From the NCBI GenBank assembly GCA_035416745.1, contig DAOLNV010000002.1:111250-175249 (forward strand): a stretch of 64,000 nucleotides of DNA. Direction: 5' to 3'. Made by a program: the position numbers and the translations under genes. Of this stretch, positions 40,637-51,286 are shown piece after piece. Origin of the DNA: Candidatus Hydrogenedentota bacterium (GTDB lineage: Bacteria; Hydrogenedentota; Hydrogenedentia; Hydrogenedentales; SLHB01). The notes under the pieces are model-generated. The model had not been told where the DNA came from. It saw only the letters and a list, made by a program, of their open reading frames with translations, and did not search any database. How positions within the stretch are numbered: position 1 is the stretch's first letter; every line of letters starts with the position of its first letter.

Positions 40637-43357
40637 TCATCCCCTGGCCTCTCCCCGCGGCTGACCTGTGGGTCGTACCCAGATGACTCGAAAGTCCAGC
40701 GAGTTCAGTCTCTGCTGGATTACTCCCTCTGCGGTTACGCCGATGTCGCGTTCCGATATGACGTCCCATGCGGACAGCTCTCCCGATAGTTGGAGGTTCT
40801 CCAGATTCAAGCGCACCTGGACAACCCGGGGTTCTCGCGCAAGGTTCGCGATTACGGCGACCACGCCTTGGCTGCCGCGGCTGTACAGACTCACTTTGGT
40901 GCCGCCGGAATCGGTCGTCACGGCGTTCTCATTGTTCCAATAGGGCAGCCACGCGGCCTGATGCCGTCCAAATTCGTCCATGGCGTGCCAGAGTTTCGAC
41001 TCAAGCTCGAGGCCTCCGTTCAGACTGCCTCGCACTAAGACGTCGTGGAGGAGCGAGAAGGACATGGCTTCCGAGTAGGTATAGGGCTGGCCGTAACACA
41101 GCAACTCCGCGGGAATGCCCCATTGATGCCCCATGAACTCGCATCGGAACGTTTCCAGCGGCAGCACATCGAGGGGCCACGGGCCTTGCTGGACGCCGCC
41201 AAGCTGTTCCCCGTCCCAGTAGCTGGTGGCAAACGCGAGAGTGGGTGTCGTCATGCAGGTAGACGAGTGCACGTTGACGATTCCGTCGGGCTTCCGGCTC
41301 TTTACGATGGTCCAGATGCGTTTCATGAGGTCGCGCGTCGAGAAGAAGGTGTATGTTGGGCCGACAGTCCCGTCCGGCCGCGCATAACCGCAACCGTGCT
41401 TTACGTTGCTGCACGGCCAGGGGTATTCGGTACCATCGAGGTACACGCCGTCGATGCCGTATTCGTCCATGGCCCGCGCGATGCCGTCCGCCAGGAAGTT
41501 CTGCCAAACGCTTCTATAACAGACGCTGTAGGCGTGTTGTTCCGGCATGCGGTGGTATTCGCCCGTTCTCGGGTAGACGAGGCATTCATCGCTGTAATCC
41601 GGCCACTCGGGCGCAATGTCGGACATCTGATAGCCGAAGTAGAGAACCATCCGGATACCTTTCTCATGACATGCCTGGACGAGGTTATGTAGTTCGGCTT
41701 CGTGCGTCGTGCTCGTGTAGTTCTGTATGTCCGTCCAGTGTTCGTGGAAGCAGACTGTCCGGACACCGAGTTCGGCCAACCGGTCCAGCACGGTTTTCGG
41801 ACGGTCTTCGCCGCTTGCGCCGAACGATTCGCCGAACTTGCCGGGCTTGGCGACGGCGTCCGTGAGCCTGCCGGGAATGCCTTTTGCAGGGAGCGTGTTC
41901 TCGAGCGAAGCGGTCAATCCGTCGAGATGGTCCAGCAACAGAGTGTGTTCATCGGCTTCCGGCGGTTTCGTCAGATCGAAGGTTTGACGGGGGATATCGG
42001 AGATTCGCAGCTCATCCATGTCGAAATGCCCGATCAGGCTTTTAAGAATCATCTGAGCGTTATCGAGGGAGGCCGCGAGCGTACCCTTCCAGGGGCTCTC
42101 GGCAACCTTCTTGCCGTCATTCCACACGGCCATCGAGTCGCCCCATGTAAGCGCAACGTGATGCCATTCGCCTTTCTGCCAGTCGCATTTCGAGCACACA
42201 AGGAGCGGGAAGGTGTCCTTCTGTTTCAGGTAGGCCCGCATCCCGCGGTCGTCGATGTTCCAATAGAACCCGATGGTGCTGTCCGAGTCGGGAAGCGTCA
42301 GAGTAAAGAATTCGCGGTTGTATACCCCCCGGGTTGCCTGGTCCTTGATTTCGACGCCGGGGTCAAAGTTGACCTTCAGCCATGCTTCGAGCGTCCCCTG
42401 GTCCAGATTGAAGTTGCCCTGGGCGGGGTAGGCGATGCTCGCCGCCGGATTGTACGGGGCGTCCTGGATGCCGTAGCCGCCGTGGTGGCAGATGCGGAAG
42501 TCCCACACGTCCTGGGGATTGTCGCGGACGGGCGTTGCCTGAAATCCGAACGTGTAGTCGAGGGGTTTGTCGAACTCGATGGGCTGGGTCACGAGGTTGA
42601 CGCGCAGCAACGTCTCGCCGTCGCCGGGGACAATTTGCGTCGCCTTGTTCGCGTCCGCGAGGAAGAAATTGCGGTCAGACTCGGAGTACCAGCCGAGACC
42701 CCTGGACTCGTCACCGAGCCAGACGTAGGGCAGGAAAGGCACATCGAGCGGTTCTGTCGGCGCGGGGCCGGCATTATTCACTTTCCCCCAGCCGCCGGGG
42801 AACGTGTAGAGATAGCGGGCATGCTCGCGCTTGACCGGCACCTCCAGGGCGAGTCTCTGAAGCGTGGTCTTCCCGTTCGGGACGAGTTGCCAGTCCGAAC
42901 GGATCATGCCATCGAACTCCACGGCCACCGTGCCGTTCAGTTGCGTCTTGTCGGAGCCCGCCTCCGTGAACACCCGTACAACGCCGTCGTTGATCTTCCG
43001 GACCTCGGTCTTGCGGGGAGTCCAGGAGACCTCTTGCCCGCCGATGACTGCGACAAACCGGATGGGACCGGTCAAGAGGGAGGCTTCCGCGCTTGTCACT
43101 TCTACGGGAGCGGGCAGCCCATCGAAACGGTATCGCCGGCCCCAGGGCCGCACGACGGTGTCTTGGATTCCAACAGGTTCCCATCCCGGCAACAGGCCCT
43201 CGTTCACGCCCGCCTTTGAATCAAGCCAAACCGGCGGGGACGGCGTGCCTTGGGCGTCTGCGGCCGCCGCGAGCAGCTCATCCTCTGCCGCGCCCGCCTG
43301 ATTTGCCGCGCATAGAATGCAGAGTGCCAAGACCACCCGACACAGCATCCGTTTCAT
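40637..43357 (-). CDS. Secreted protein with a concanavalin/LamG-like region and a C-terminal glycoside-hydrolase-like TIM-barrel region.
   Basis: The start at 43357 (MKRMLCRVVLALCILCAANQAGAA) follows a perfect AGGAGGA RBS. It is about 906 aa. The middle section has a beta-sandwich-type pattern. The C-terminal half (VCFHEHWTD...GIRMVLYFGY...GVYLDG) has an alternating beta/alpha TIM-like pattern. The overlapping plus-strand 505-aa ORF is shadow. Confidence 0.7.
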   Translation of the reverse strand: MKRMLCRVVLALCILCAANQAGAAEDELLAAAADAQGTPSPPVWLDSKAGVNEGLLPGWEPVGIQDTVVRPWGRRYRFDGLPAPVEVTSAEASLLTGPIRFVAVIGGQEVSWTPRKTEVRKINDGVVRVFTEAGSDKTQLNGTVAVEFDGMIRSDWQLVPNGKTTLQRLALEVPVKREHARYLYTFPGGWGKVNNAGPAPTEPLDVPFLPYVWLGDESRGLGWYSESDRNFFLADANKATQIVPGDGETLLRVNLVTQPIEFDKPLDYTFGFQATPVRDNPQDVWDFRICHHGGYGIQDAPYNPAASIAYPAQGNFNLDQGTLEAWLKVNFDPGVEIKDQATRGVYNREFFTLTLPDSDSTIGFYWNIDDRGMRAYLKQKDTFPLLVCSKCDWQKGEWHHVALTWGDSMAVWNDGKKVAESPWKGTLAASLDNAQMILKSLIGHFDMDELRISDIPRQTFDLTKPPEADEHTLLLDHLDGLTASLENTLPAKGIPGRLTDAVAKPGKFGESFGASGEDRPKTVLDRLAELGVRTVCFHEHWTDIQNYTSTTHEAELHNLVQACHEKGIRMVLYFGYQMSDIAPEWPDYSDECLVYPRTGEYHRMPEQHAYSVCYRSVWQNFLADGIARAMDEYGIDGVYLDGTEYPWPCSNVKHGCGYARPDGTVGPTYTFFSTRDLMKRIWTIVKSRKPDGIVNVHSSTCMTTPTLAFATSYWDGEQLGGVQQGPWPLDVLPLETFRCEFMGHQWGIPAELLCYGQPYTYSEAMSFSLLHDVLVRGSLNGGLELESKLWHAMDEFGRHQAAWLPYWNNENAVTTDSGGTKVSLYSRGSQGVVAVIANLAREPRVVQVRLNLENLQLSGELSAWDVISERDIGVTAEGVIQQRLNSLDFRVIWVRPTGQPRGEARG

Positions 43358-43500
43358 GATCTCCTCCTGAAAGTCAGCGTTGAAACCAGGTTTGGCGCCT
43401 ATTCGAGCCGCTGAAAGCGGCTGTTTGACAACCAACGGCGCCGACCTCGAGTACGGGATCAGCCCGACACGCCGGGGATACGCCGTGTTCTTGCTCGAGG

Positions 43501-45039
43501 TCACGCCGGCTCGCTGTAGTTGACCCATTCCATGCCGCCCAGCTTCTTGAGTGCGTAACCGGCCTCTCGCAGGTAGTCTCCATAGACCACCTGTGCATGA
43601 AATCCCTCGATGCGCTCGGTAATGCGCTTGACATCGCCGTCTATGGCAATATCCATCTGCGAGCGGCACATCGGCAGCGCGGGGGAATCAACAATCGTGC
43701 CGCGGAATCCGTGCCAGCGTGTGCAGTGCAGGTCCGGCTGGATCAACGTGACGGTCTGGCCCTTGGCATACTCGACCTTGCTGGCCACGCCATAGTCGGA
43801 TTCGAAGTGCGTCATAAGGGTGACGGGTTCCAGGTTATGGCCGTCCATCTTCATGGGCGCGGCGCAATGGGCCACCGTGTAGATGCCGTGGTGTGGAAAG
43901 TGCGTGTTGCACACGAACGACGGCCTGGATGCAATCCAGCGGAGCAATACGCCGGGCATGGTGTGGCTGAGGTCGGTGTGGCAATAGGCCGTGTAGCCCG
44001 CATCGTTCGCCAGCGCCAGAATCAGGCATGGCGGCGTATCGAGCATGGCGATCACGTCATGGTTCATGCAGCGGTCGAACCCGAAATTGAATGCCTTCTT
44101 CTCCTCGAGTAACGATTGGCAGACTTTCCAGGCTGCGAAAGAATTGACCACGAATCTCCGCTCGGTTTGAAGCGAGATTTGTGGATTGGAGAGAAAGCGG
44201 TCTGTCTGTTCTTCGACCGATTTCATGAACTCAACGTCATCCCGTGCTCTTTGAAGCCTCTGCGCGAAATCCTCGCGGGGAACCACTTCAATTTCGTAAC
44301 CCCAGAGGTCTTTGGCAACGCGCGGGCCGTTTTCCTGAGCGGGACCGCTGTATGCGGTCAAGCTGCCGATGGCAAGGACCTTCGTGCCTCGAGCATTCTT
44401 CAGCCCGTACAGAGCACGCAGCCGCCATTGGAGCTCGGCATAGTCGTCCACGACCACATCCCAAACATCGAAATTGGGCTCGGCCATGGCGTCCTCGTGA
44501 TGTCGAAGCACCCGCCAATGGACAATCTCGTGGTAGAGATAGTAGGGTCCCGACTTGTGGCGCAGGAACATGATGTTCGGCTTCCCGCAATTGGCCAGTT
44601 TCCAGAACCACTCGACCGCGCCGCCCGCGGCATACGGCATCAGCACGTCCGCGTCGGATTCGGCGATGACCTTGTCTATGGCAGCCTCATTTTCGGCCAG
44701 AACCACCGGCCGGGGGGTAAGGGGGAACTCGGACGTCTCAGCCAACGCTTTCAACTCGGCTTCGATGCGCCGCGCTTCAGCGGCAGCCAGCTCCGCGGAG
44801 TGGATCGCGCCATAGGGGCGCCAGCTCGTCTTTTCCCCGCGTTGGGGCGTGTCGTAGCTCAGAATGGGCTGGACAACGATGGGTTTGCCCGGGGGCCAGT
44901 CCTCAGGCTGGACTTGTGAAGCCGGTTGAGAACCGGCGCCGGAAGCCAGCAACAGTCCGCCAACCGTTGCCGAGCCGCCCAGGAAACCCCGCCGTGTCAT
45001 TGCGAAACTGGACCCAGGCTGTTGGTCTTGGTGCTTCAT
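43501..45039 (-). CDS. TAT-signal hypothetical protein of 512 aa.
   Basis: It has a twin-arginine signal (MTRRGFLGGSATVGGLLLASGAG). Its RBS is GAGAGGGG. Composition is protein-like. No family recognised. Confidence 0.65.
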   Translation of the reverse strand: MKHQDQQPGSSFAMTRRGFLGGSATVGGLLLASGAGSQPASQVQPEDWPPGKPIVVQPILSYDTPQRGEKTSWRPYGAIHSAELAAAEARRIEAELKALAETSEFPLTPRPVVLAENEAAIDKVIAESDADVLMPYAAGGAVEWFWKLANCGKPNIMFLRHKSGPYYLYHEIVHWRVLRHHEDAMAEPNFDVWDVVVDDYAELQWRLRALYGLKNARGTKVLAIGSLTAYSGPAQENGPRVAKDLWGYEIEVVPREDFAQRLQRARDDVEFMKSVEEQTDRFLSNPQISLQTERRFVVNSFAAWKVCQSLLEEKKAFNFGFDRCMNHDVIAMLDTPPCLILALANDAGYTAYCHTDLSHTMPGVLLRWIASRPSFVCNTHFPHHGIYTVAHCAAPMKMDGHNLEPVTLMTHFESDYGVASKVEYAKGQTVTLIQPDLHCTRWHGFRGTIVDSPALPMCRSQMDIAIDGDVKRITERIEGFHAQVVYGDYLREAGYALKKLGGMEWVNYSEPA

Positions 45040-45230
45040 CGTGAACCCCTCTCGTATGTTTGCCCGCTCCCGTGATACGTAGTGAAATCCTACGTTCTCG
45101 CGCCGAAAGCTTCAATTTTCCCTGGCTGCGCGGGCTGTTCTCACTCTTCGAAGGTTCCATGTATGATGAGGACCGTGGGCGGTAGGATGCTGGCTGGCCG
45201 GTGTAGAATCGCCCGGAAAGGGTATTGGAC

Positions 45231-47834
45231 ATGCTCTGTGGAACACGTGTGCTGACACGCGGCAGGTTCGGCTTGCTCTTTGGCGCAATGGGTTTTGTTG
45301 CACTCGTGCGCGCCGCAGCGGCGGCTGAAACCCTCCCCTTTTACTACGCCCACGCGATTGTGGAAGACGGTTTGGGCGTGGCCGCACCTTGGTACAGTGG
45401 CCAGAATGGGCAGATAGATTATCGAATCCAGCGCGCGGCTGAGGTGCTGTTGAACTCCGGGTGGTCCGTCAGGAAGGTGGGCAATGGAACGTCCGTGACG
45501 ACCCCCACGTGTTTCTGGGGCGAAGGCGACCTCGACCCGGGATGCGTCCAGCGCGCGGCGCGCGCCCTGTTCGCACTCGTTGAATACTATCACTATTCTG
45601 GCGACCCGGCCGCCCTCGGCCACGCGGAGAGCATCGCGAACACGGTTCTGGACCTCTGCCAGACGGCACCGGACCACCCGTGGCCCCAATTCCTCATGAG
45701 CGTCCCCTACGGCGGCATAGGGAAGGACGGGAAGGTTACTTCCGCGGCATACATCCAACTGGACATCGCGGCGGAGTTTGGGGTAGCGCTGCTTCGCGCT
45801 TACCAATTGCTTGGAAACGAGCGATGGCTCACGGCGGCCCAACATTGGGCCGAGGTGCTTGCCGAGAAGCGCGACCACGACCCGGGCGCCCGCCCGTGGC
45901 CCCGTTACGCCAATCCGGAGGTGGTGCCGTGGGCGAAAGACAATCCCGCCGGCAACCTCCAGACGGGAGGCGTCGTCTACCTGCTGGCGTTGTTCGATGA
46001 ACTAATCAAGCTGGGGCATACAGGACGGGAGAATGGTCTCGTTTCCGCACGGGAGGCGGGCATGGCGTACCTCCGGGATGTTCTGCTTCCAGCCTGGGCC
46101 GTCAACGATACGTGGGGCCGCAACTACTGGGACTGGGAGAATCCGGTCCAAGCCCAGGTGACGACGGATTGGGCCGCCCGCTACCTCATGAACCACAAGG
46201 AGGAATTCCCGAATTGGAGGAATGACGTCCGCAACATCCTGTCGCTCTTCCTCAACCATTCCAGCGCCTCGCCTGAATCGCGGGGGAATGTCTATCACGG
46301 GGCTTGGCAGTTTCCCGAAGGGTGTGGATGCTGCGGGCGCTCGCTGGCGTGGGGTCCAATGGAGCTCGCCCTCGATTTCGCTCAGTATGGTGTGGAGGCG
46401 GATAGTGAATGGGCCCGGGAACTTGGACGGCGCATGGTGTTACTCGCGACCTATGACGTGGACGCATCAGGCGCCTACCAAGACAACATTGATGGCGGCG
46501 TCACGGTCGGGGATTTCCCGATCGTCCAGTACACGACCCTCAAGTGGGTGCACAGGACCATGTCGTGGTTGCCGGAGCTCCTTGGGCCGAGTCGCGAGAA
46601 TCACATCATGCGCAGCACCGAAGTAGTCAATACCGTGCAATATGGGGCGGGCCGGGTTGCGTATAGCGTGTTCGCCGCGCCGGCAAACACCACGGACGTC
46701 TTGCGCCTGGCATTTGAGCCCGAACGTGTGACGGCGGACGGCGAACAGCTGCCGTCCCGCTCCGACCTGGCCGAGAACGGCTATGTCGCGAAGGCGCTTG
46801 CAGGCGGGGATTACCTGGTGACGATACGGCACGACGGCCGGCTGCGCGTCGAGGTGACCGGAAATGATCCACAGGCCGCGGTCGACGATGCCCAGCTGGC
46901 ATATGAAGGCGAGTGGACGGCGCGCCCACAGGAACAAACCTTCGAAGAGGGAATCCACACCACCGCATCCCGAGGGGCAAGGGCAAGTTGTACGTTCGTT
47001 GGCAATCAGGTGCGGATTGTAGGCTCCGTGGGCCCCGAAGGCGGATTGGCTGATGTTTATATCGATGGGGAGAAACAGGCGTACGCGATCGATTTCTGGA
47101 ACCCGCGCACGTTGCACCAGCAGCTCGTGTACCGGAAAAACGGCTTGACGAACACGCAACACACGGTCCAGCTCGTAGCGCGCGGAGAGAAGAACCCTTT
47201 GTCGGCTGGCGCCGTGGTTGCCGTAGACAGCGTCCAGTACTCTGCCGCCGGGCACGAGAACGATTTCGGCGAAGGGGGCGGCCCGACCACTGTGCAGCGA
47301 ATGATCTTCGGCTACACGGGCCGTACGGATTACCGGGATACCCAAGGCAACTTGTGGCGTCCGGGCACCGAGTTTGCAGCGCTGACCGGGCATTTGACCG
47401 ATACTGTCGCAAAGACATGGTGGACCACGAAGCAGGCCGTTGCCGTTGCAGGAACACCGGACGGCGAACTTTACAGCTACGGCGTTCACTGGCCTGAATT
47501 CGTCGTGAATGTCACGGTTGGCCCCGGGACCTACTATGTTCGCCTGAAGTTCGCGGAAACGCAGTATGCGCAAGCGGGACAACGCGGAATCACTGTCGAG
47601 ATCAACAAACAGCCCGTAGTTGAGGATTTCGACGTGTTCGCCACGGCAGGCGGCGCCAACAAGGCTGTAGACCTTGTGTTCAACGGTATCGAACCCAGGA
47701 ACGGCGTCATTGACATTCGGTTTAGAGGCAATGTGATTGAGAGTTGTCCGCGTGAAGCGATGGTTCAAGCAATAGAAGTTGGCCCCGGAGACGGCGGCCG
47801 GGGCGCTGTCCCGCAATGTTTGCCGGGAGGTTGA
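45231..47834 (+). CDS. Secreted protein with an N-terminal helical ((alpha/alpha)6-like) glycosidase-like region and a C-terminal malectin-like carbohydrate-binding domain.
   Basis: The C-terminal segment TYYVRLKFAETQYAQAGQRGITVEINKQPVVEDFDVFATAGGANKAVDLVFNGIEPRNGVIDIRF matches the malectin/di-glucose-binding consensus (Y.vrLhFaE...RvFdVyiNg..v..dfDi.a.aGg). The N-terminus is helix-rich. The overlapping minus-strand 499-aa ORF is shadow. Confidence 0.7.
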   Translation: MLCGTRVLTRGRFGLLFGAMGFVALVRAAAAAETLPFYYAHAIVEDGLGVAAPWYSGQNGQIDYRIQRAAEVLLNSGWSVRKVGNGTSVTTPTCFWGEGDLDPGCVQRAARALFALVEYYHYSGDPAALGHAESIANTVLDLCQTAPDHPWPQFLMSVPYGGIGKDGKVTSAAYIQLDIAAEFGVALLRAYQLLGNERWLTAAQHWAEVLAEKRDHDPGARPWPRYANPEVVPWAKDNPAGNLQTGGVVYLLALFDELIKLGHTGRENGLVSAREAGMAYLRDVLLPAWAVNDTWGRNYWDWENPVQAQVTTDWAARYLMNHKEEFPNWRNDVRNILSLFLNHSSASPESRGNVYHGAWQFPEGCGCCGRSLAWGPMELALDFAQYGVEADSEWARELGRRMVLLATYDVDASGAYQDNIDGGVTVGDFPIVQYTTLKWVHRTMSWLPELLGPSRENHIMRSTEVVNTVQYGAGRVAYSVFAAPANTTDVLRLAFEPERVTADGEQLPSRSDLAENGYVAKALAGGDYLVTIRHDGRLRVEVTGNDPQAAVDDAQLAYEGEWTARPQEQTFEEGIHTTASRGARASCTFVGNQVRIVGSVGPEGGLADVYIDGEKQAYAIDFWNPRTLHQQLVYRKNGLTNTQHTVQLVARGEKNPLSAGAVVAVDSVQYSAAGHENDFGEGGGPTTVQRMIFGYTGRTDYRDTQGNLWRPGTEFAALTGHLTDTVAKTWWTTKQAVAVAGTPDGELYSYGVHWPEFVVNVTVGPGTYYVRLKFAETQYAQAGQRGITVEINKQPVVEDFDVFATAGGANKAVDLVFNGIEPRNGVIDIRFRGNVIESCPREAMVQAIEVGPGDGGRGAVPQCLPGG

Positions 47835-47915
47835 CACGGAATCAGCGTCTGGCAGCGAAGTGGGCCAACGGGTTTCCGGGGCCAGTGGCGGAATCTTGTA
47901 TTGGCGAGGAGGGCT

Positions 47916-50900
47916 GCGTATGTCCGGTTTTCTGTTCTCCGTAGCGATAGCTGCGCAGATGGTCACGGGTGCGGGAGAACCCCTCGCGGTGCTCGCCCTC
48001 TACAACCCCACGCAATGGGAGGGTCCCTGCCCCGTCGAAATCGCCACGGGCCGCATCGCGACGCCCGGTCTTATCGACTGGGGAAGCGTCGCGCTCCGAT
48101 TGAACGGCGCAGACCTGCCCTTCGCTCTCCGGGAAGGGCGTGCCCATTGGAAGGCGGGGCTGGCCGCCCCCATTGAATCGCCAAAGGCAGAGGACTTGCT
48201 GGTGTTCTCGTGCAGCGTGCCGCCAGAGACGTGGGCGCGGGTCGAGATCGTGCCGGGGATGGCGGACGGCACGCCGGCCGTGTCGCGCGCAGACGGCCTC
48301 GTGACGGTTCGTTACGAGAGGCTCGAGGCCGTAATCGGGGAAGACACGAGCATCCTGGCGAAGCTCTCGCTGTTTGGCACGCCCGTGCTGGCCGGGCCGC
48401 TGGCCATCGCGCCGCGGGCGCTGCCGGACAACGCCTATACGTTCACGGGTCCCATCGGTCCGGGCCACGCCCGCGCGGAGATCAGCATCGCGGACGGGAA
48501 GCCCTTGCCGTACACGGCACGGCTCGTCTCGGTCTCCTCCTCGCCAGTCTTCACGGAACTGAATTTCGTACTGACCTGTGCCGACAGATTTTCCCTGGGC
48601 CTGACTTACCGGTTTCGGTCGTGCGGGGTCGCGGAGATATGGGCCGATGAACGGCCCGTCGAAGGACCAAGCCCCTGGCGCCATCATGCCGTAACGTACG
48701 CCCTCCTCTTGACGGGCGACTGGGAACCCCTCCCCTATCTCGAAGACCGGCTGGTTTTCTACGGCTTCAAAGACTTCGCGGCTGCAATCCAGCAGACCGC
48801 GCGTCATTACGGCCATTGTTTCGAGCTGGGCGAGGAATACGTCAACGGCCGCCGGTGGGTCCGGCGCCTGATTGGCATCCCGCCTGACAAACGCGACAAG
48901 GCGGATGCACTGCTCGAACTCATCGACAAGGGTTTCATTGTCGACGTGTCGCCGGTCACGGCCCCCGTGGCCGGCGGTCACGTGACGGGGCCTGAGGGTA
49001 CCGCGACGATCGTGCGCGATCTCCAGGAAGTCCTCGGCGCATCTCCCGGTGACGCGACTCCTGTAAAGCTTGAGCTTAGCGAAGATGCCCGGCTCGAGGG
49101 CGACGGCTTCGCGATCAGCTCCAACGGTGCCGGGGGCATTCTGGTCCGGGCGCGTACCCGCCTCGGGCTCGGTTCGGCCGTCAGCGCGATTGCAGATTGC
49201 CGCGGACGCCATCCCGAGTGTGGTGTCCCGCTGATTGCGCGCAATCCCGTGGTCTCCCTGCGCGGGGGCGGGTTTGGCGGAGGCACGTTCGAGGTCGATT
49301 TCCCCTATGGGACGGATGAAGAGTGGGAGCAAACGTTCGACAAGCTTCTCGATTCGGGCATGAACATGTTCTGGTGCCTTGGCATGTGGGGCAACTGGAA
49401 ACTGCCCGTCAGTTACAAATACATGCCTGAACTGCGCTCTGACGACCCCGAGGCCTATGACGAATCCTCGGGGACGCTGTTCCGCGAGTTCGCGCAACAC
49501 CGCGACCACGGCCTGAAACTCATTCACTACCTGCGCGAGCGGGGCGCGGCGGTGGGTCTGTGGCTGCCCATCGGCTGTGTGCCCACGACTTTCGCCCAAA
49601 AATACCCCGAAGCGATGATGCCGGAGAGCTTCGAGCAGTTCTGGGGCCGGGCCAAGGGCATCCCCTGCTTTACCCATCCCAAGTACATTGAATACCTCGA
49701 TGCATTCCTGCGCGAAGTGACCGAGACCTACCCACTCGACGCGATCATCATGGTCCGCGACGATAACGGCGGCTTGTGCACCTGCGACCGGTGCAAGCAG
49801 TTCGTAGCCCAGTCGCGCACCCAAAGCGGCGCATGGGAACAGTACCTGATCATCTATCAACGCCTGAAAGAGGCCGGTTTCGCCGGTAAAGTGGGCGTCT
49901 ACCCGTATTTCGACGGGCTGACCCCTGAGATCGACGCGCTGCTGCCGGAGGATTTGTTCCTCGCCGGTCATGGCGCTTCGACGGCCGCCCTGACACGCAA
50001 CCAGGAGCGGATCGGGCATATGGCCGACACCTGGCTCGACAATCTATACACGAACTTCCGCCTGCCGCCGTCGCCCCGCATGCGCCGGTTTCTCTCGGAC
50101 CGATGCACATTCTGGATAGGCGGAGCGTACCGCGGCACCGAGTTGCCGTGGGAGTCCATAGGCTACTTTGGCTGGGAACCGACGGCTACGCCCAACAGCC
50201 TGCGTTACGAGTGGGGCGTGCGCACCTTTGGCCGGGAGAACGCCCTGACCTTCGCAGGCATGTCCGATGCTTACGAACATCTGTGGGAGATTAACGCGCG
50301 GCACATGCTGCCCAAAGTCTGGTTGGAGCTGCGCCCCGGCGAACGCCAAGCGGTCACCGCCGAAGCAGAGGCCGCACTTGCCCGCTACGAGGAACAACTT
50401 GCGCAGCTTGAGCAGCAGGCGGGCGGCGAGAGGCACAGCGCGTGGTTCAAAACGGTCCGGGTCTTCCCTGCGTTCATGCGCTATCACCTGCGCCGGCTGG
50501 ATGCGTTCGCCAAGGTCTACAACACGGTCCGCGAGCATAGCGCGGCCATCGACGGCGGCGGCAATCTGCCTGAAGAAGTACGGCTGCAACTCCTGGCGGA
50601 GTACCAGTCGATGTATGCTTACGCCCGCAAATACGCGAACGCCCTCGAGCAGGCGCCGGGGGGGATGTTCGAGGCGACACGCAACATGACCATGCCGTAC
50701 AAGGAATGGATGGCCGGATATGACGGCTGGCTGGACCCCTTGCTTGACAGGCCCCAGTTCGCGGGGACGCTTGATGCCGAGCCCGTGACCCTGACGCCCG
50801 GCCAGCCGTTCACGTTGCGGCTCGTTCTGCGCAACACGGGCATCTGCCCATGGATTGCGGAGGCCGGACAGCGCTTGACCATCGAAGGCGCCAGCCAGGC

Positions 50901-51081
50901 CGGACTGCCCGAGGCATGGGTATACGATGGGGAGCCGGCGGCGCCGGGCGACACGCGAACAATCGAGTTCGAGGGTCGCGCCCCCGATACGCCCGGCAAA
51001 AGCGAACTGACCATCGTCTTCTACAACCCGTATCGTGTGGCCGGGAAGATCGCCGAGAAGAAAGTGGTGCTGTCACAATGA
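47916..51081 (+). CDS. Large hypothetical protein with a GH20-like (GH20b subdomain + TIM barrel) glycosidase-like core.
   Basis: It has a GAGGAGGG RBS. GILVRARTRLGLGSAVSAIAD resembles the GH20b-type subdomain. NPVVSLRGGGFGGG...KLLDSGMNMFWCLGMW resembles the start of the GH20 barrel (RG..lD..R.f...ma..K.N.lhwHl.D). The overlapping minus-strand 725-aa ORF is shadow. Confidence 0.7.
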
Positions 51082-51286
51082 TTCACAGGACCCGCAATAG
51101 AGGTGCTGCGCGTTCCGGGCGGGTGCTGCCCACATGACCCGGTTCTCTTTTCTCTCGTGAACCTGTTAGAGTACGGCTGGTGCCGATACGCCTGCACAAC
51201 GGTCTGGATAACAGGGATTTCGGGCAGGGCGCCGGTAGACATTTCAACACATGACAGGGGCTCGATTCCCGGGAGGTAACAGGCTC

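Noticed and set aside
41702-43219. 505-aa plus-strand ORF. The same reasoning applies to the plus-strand ORFs 33929..35353 and 35495..36715, and to the minus-strand ORFs 5635..6882, 7800..9323, 9381..10334, 38638..39693 and 59184..60023.
   Set aside because: All are antisense shadows of genes with recognisable domains. Their translations are low-complexity and Arg-rich.
47842-50019. 725-aa minus-strand ORF, and the 499-aa minus-strand ORF at 46467..47966
   Set aside because: Both are antisense to well-supported plus-strand genes (47916..51081 and 45231..47834). Their composition is Arg/Pro-rich and there is no RBS.
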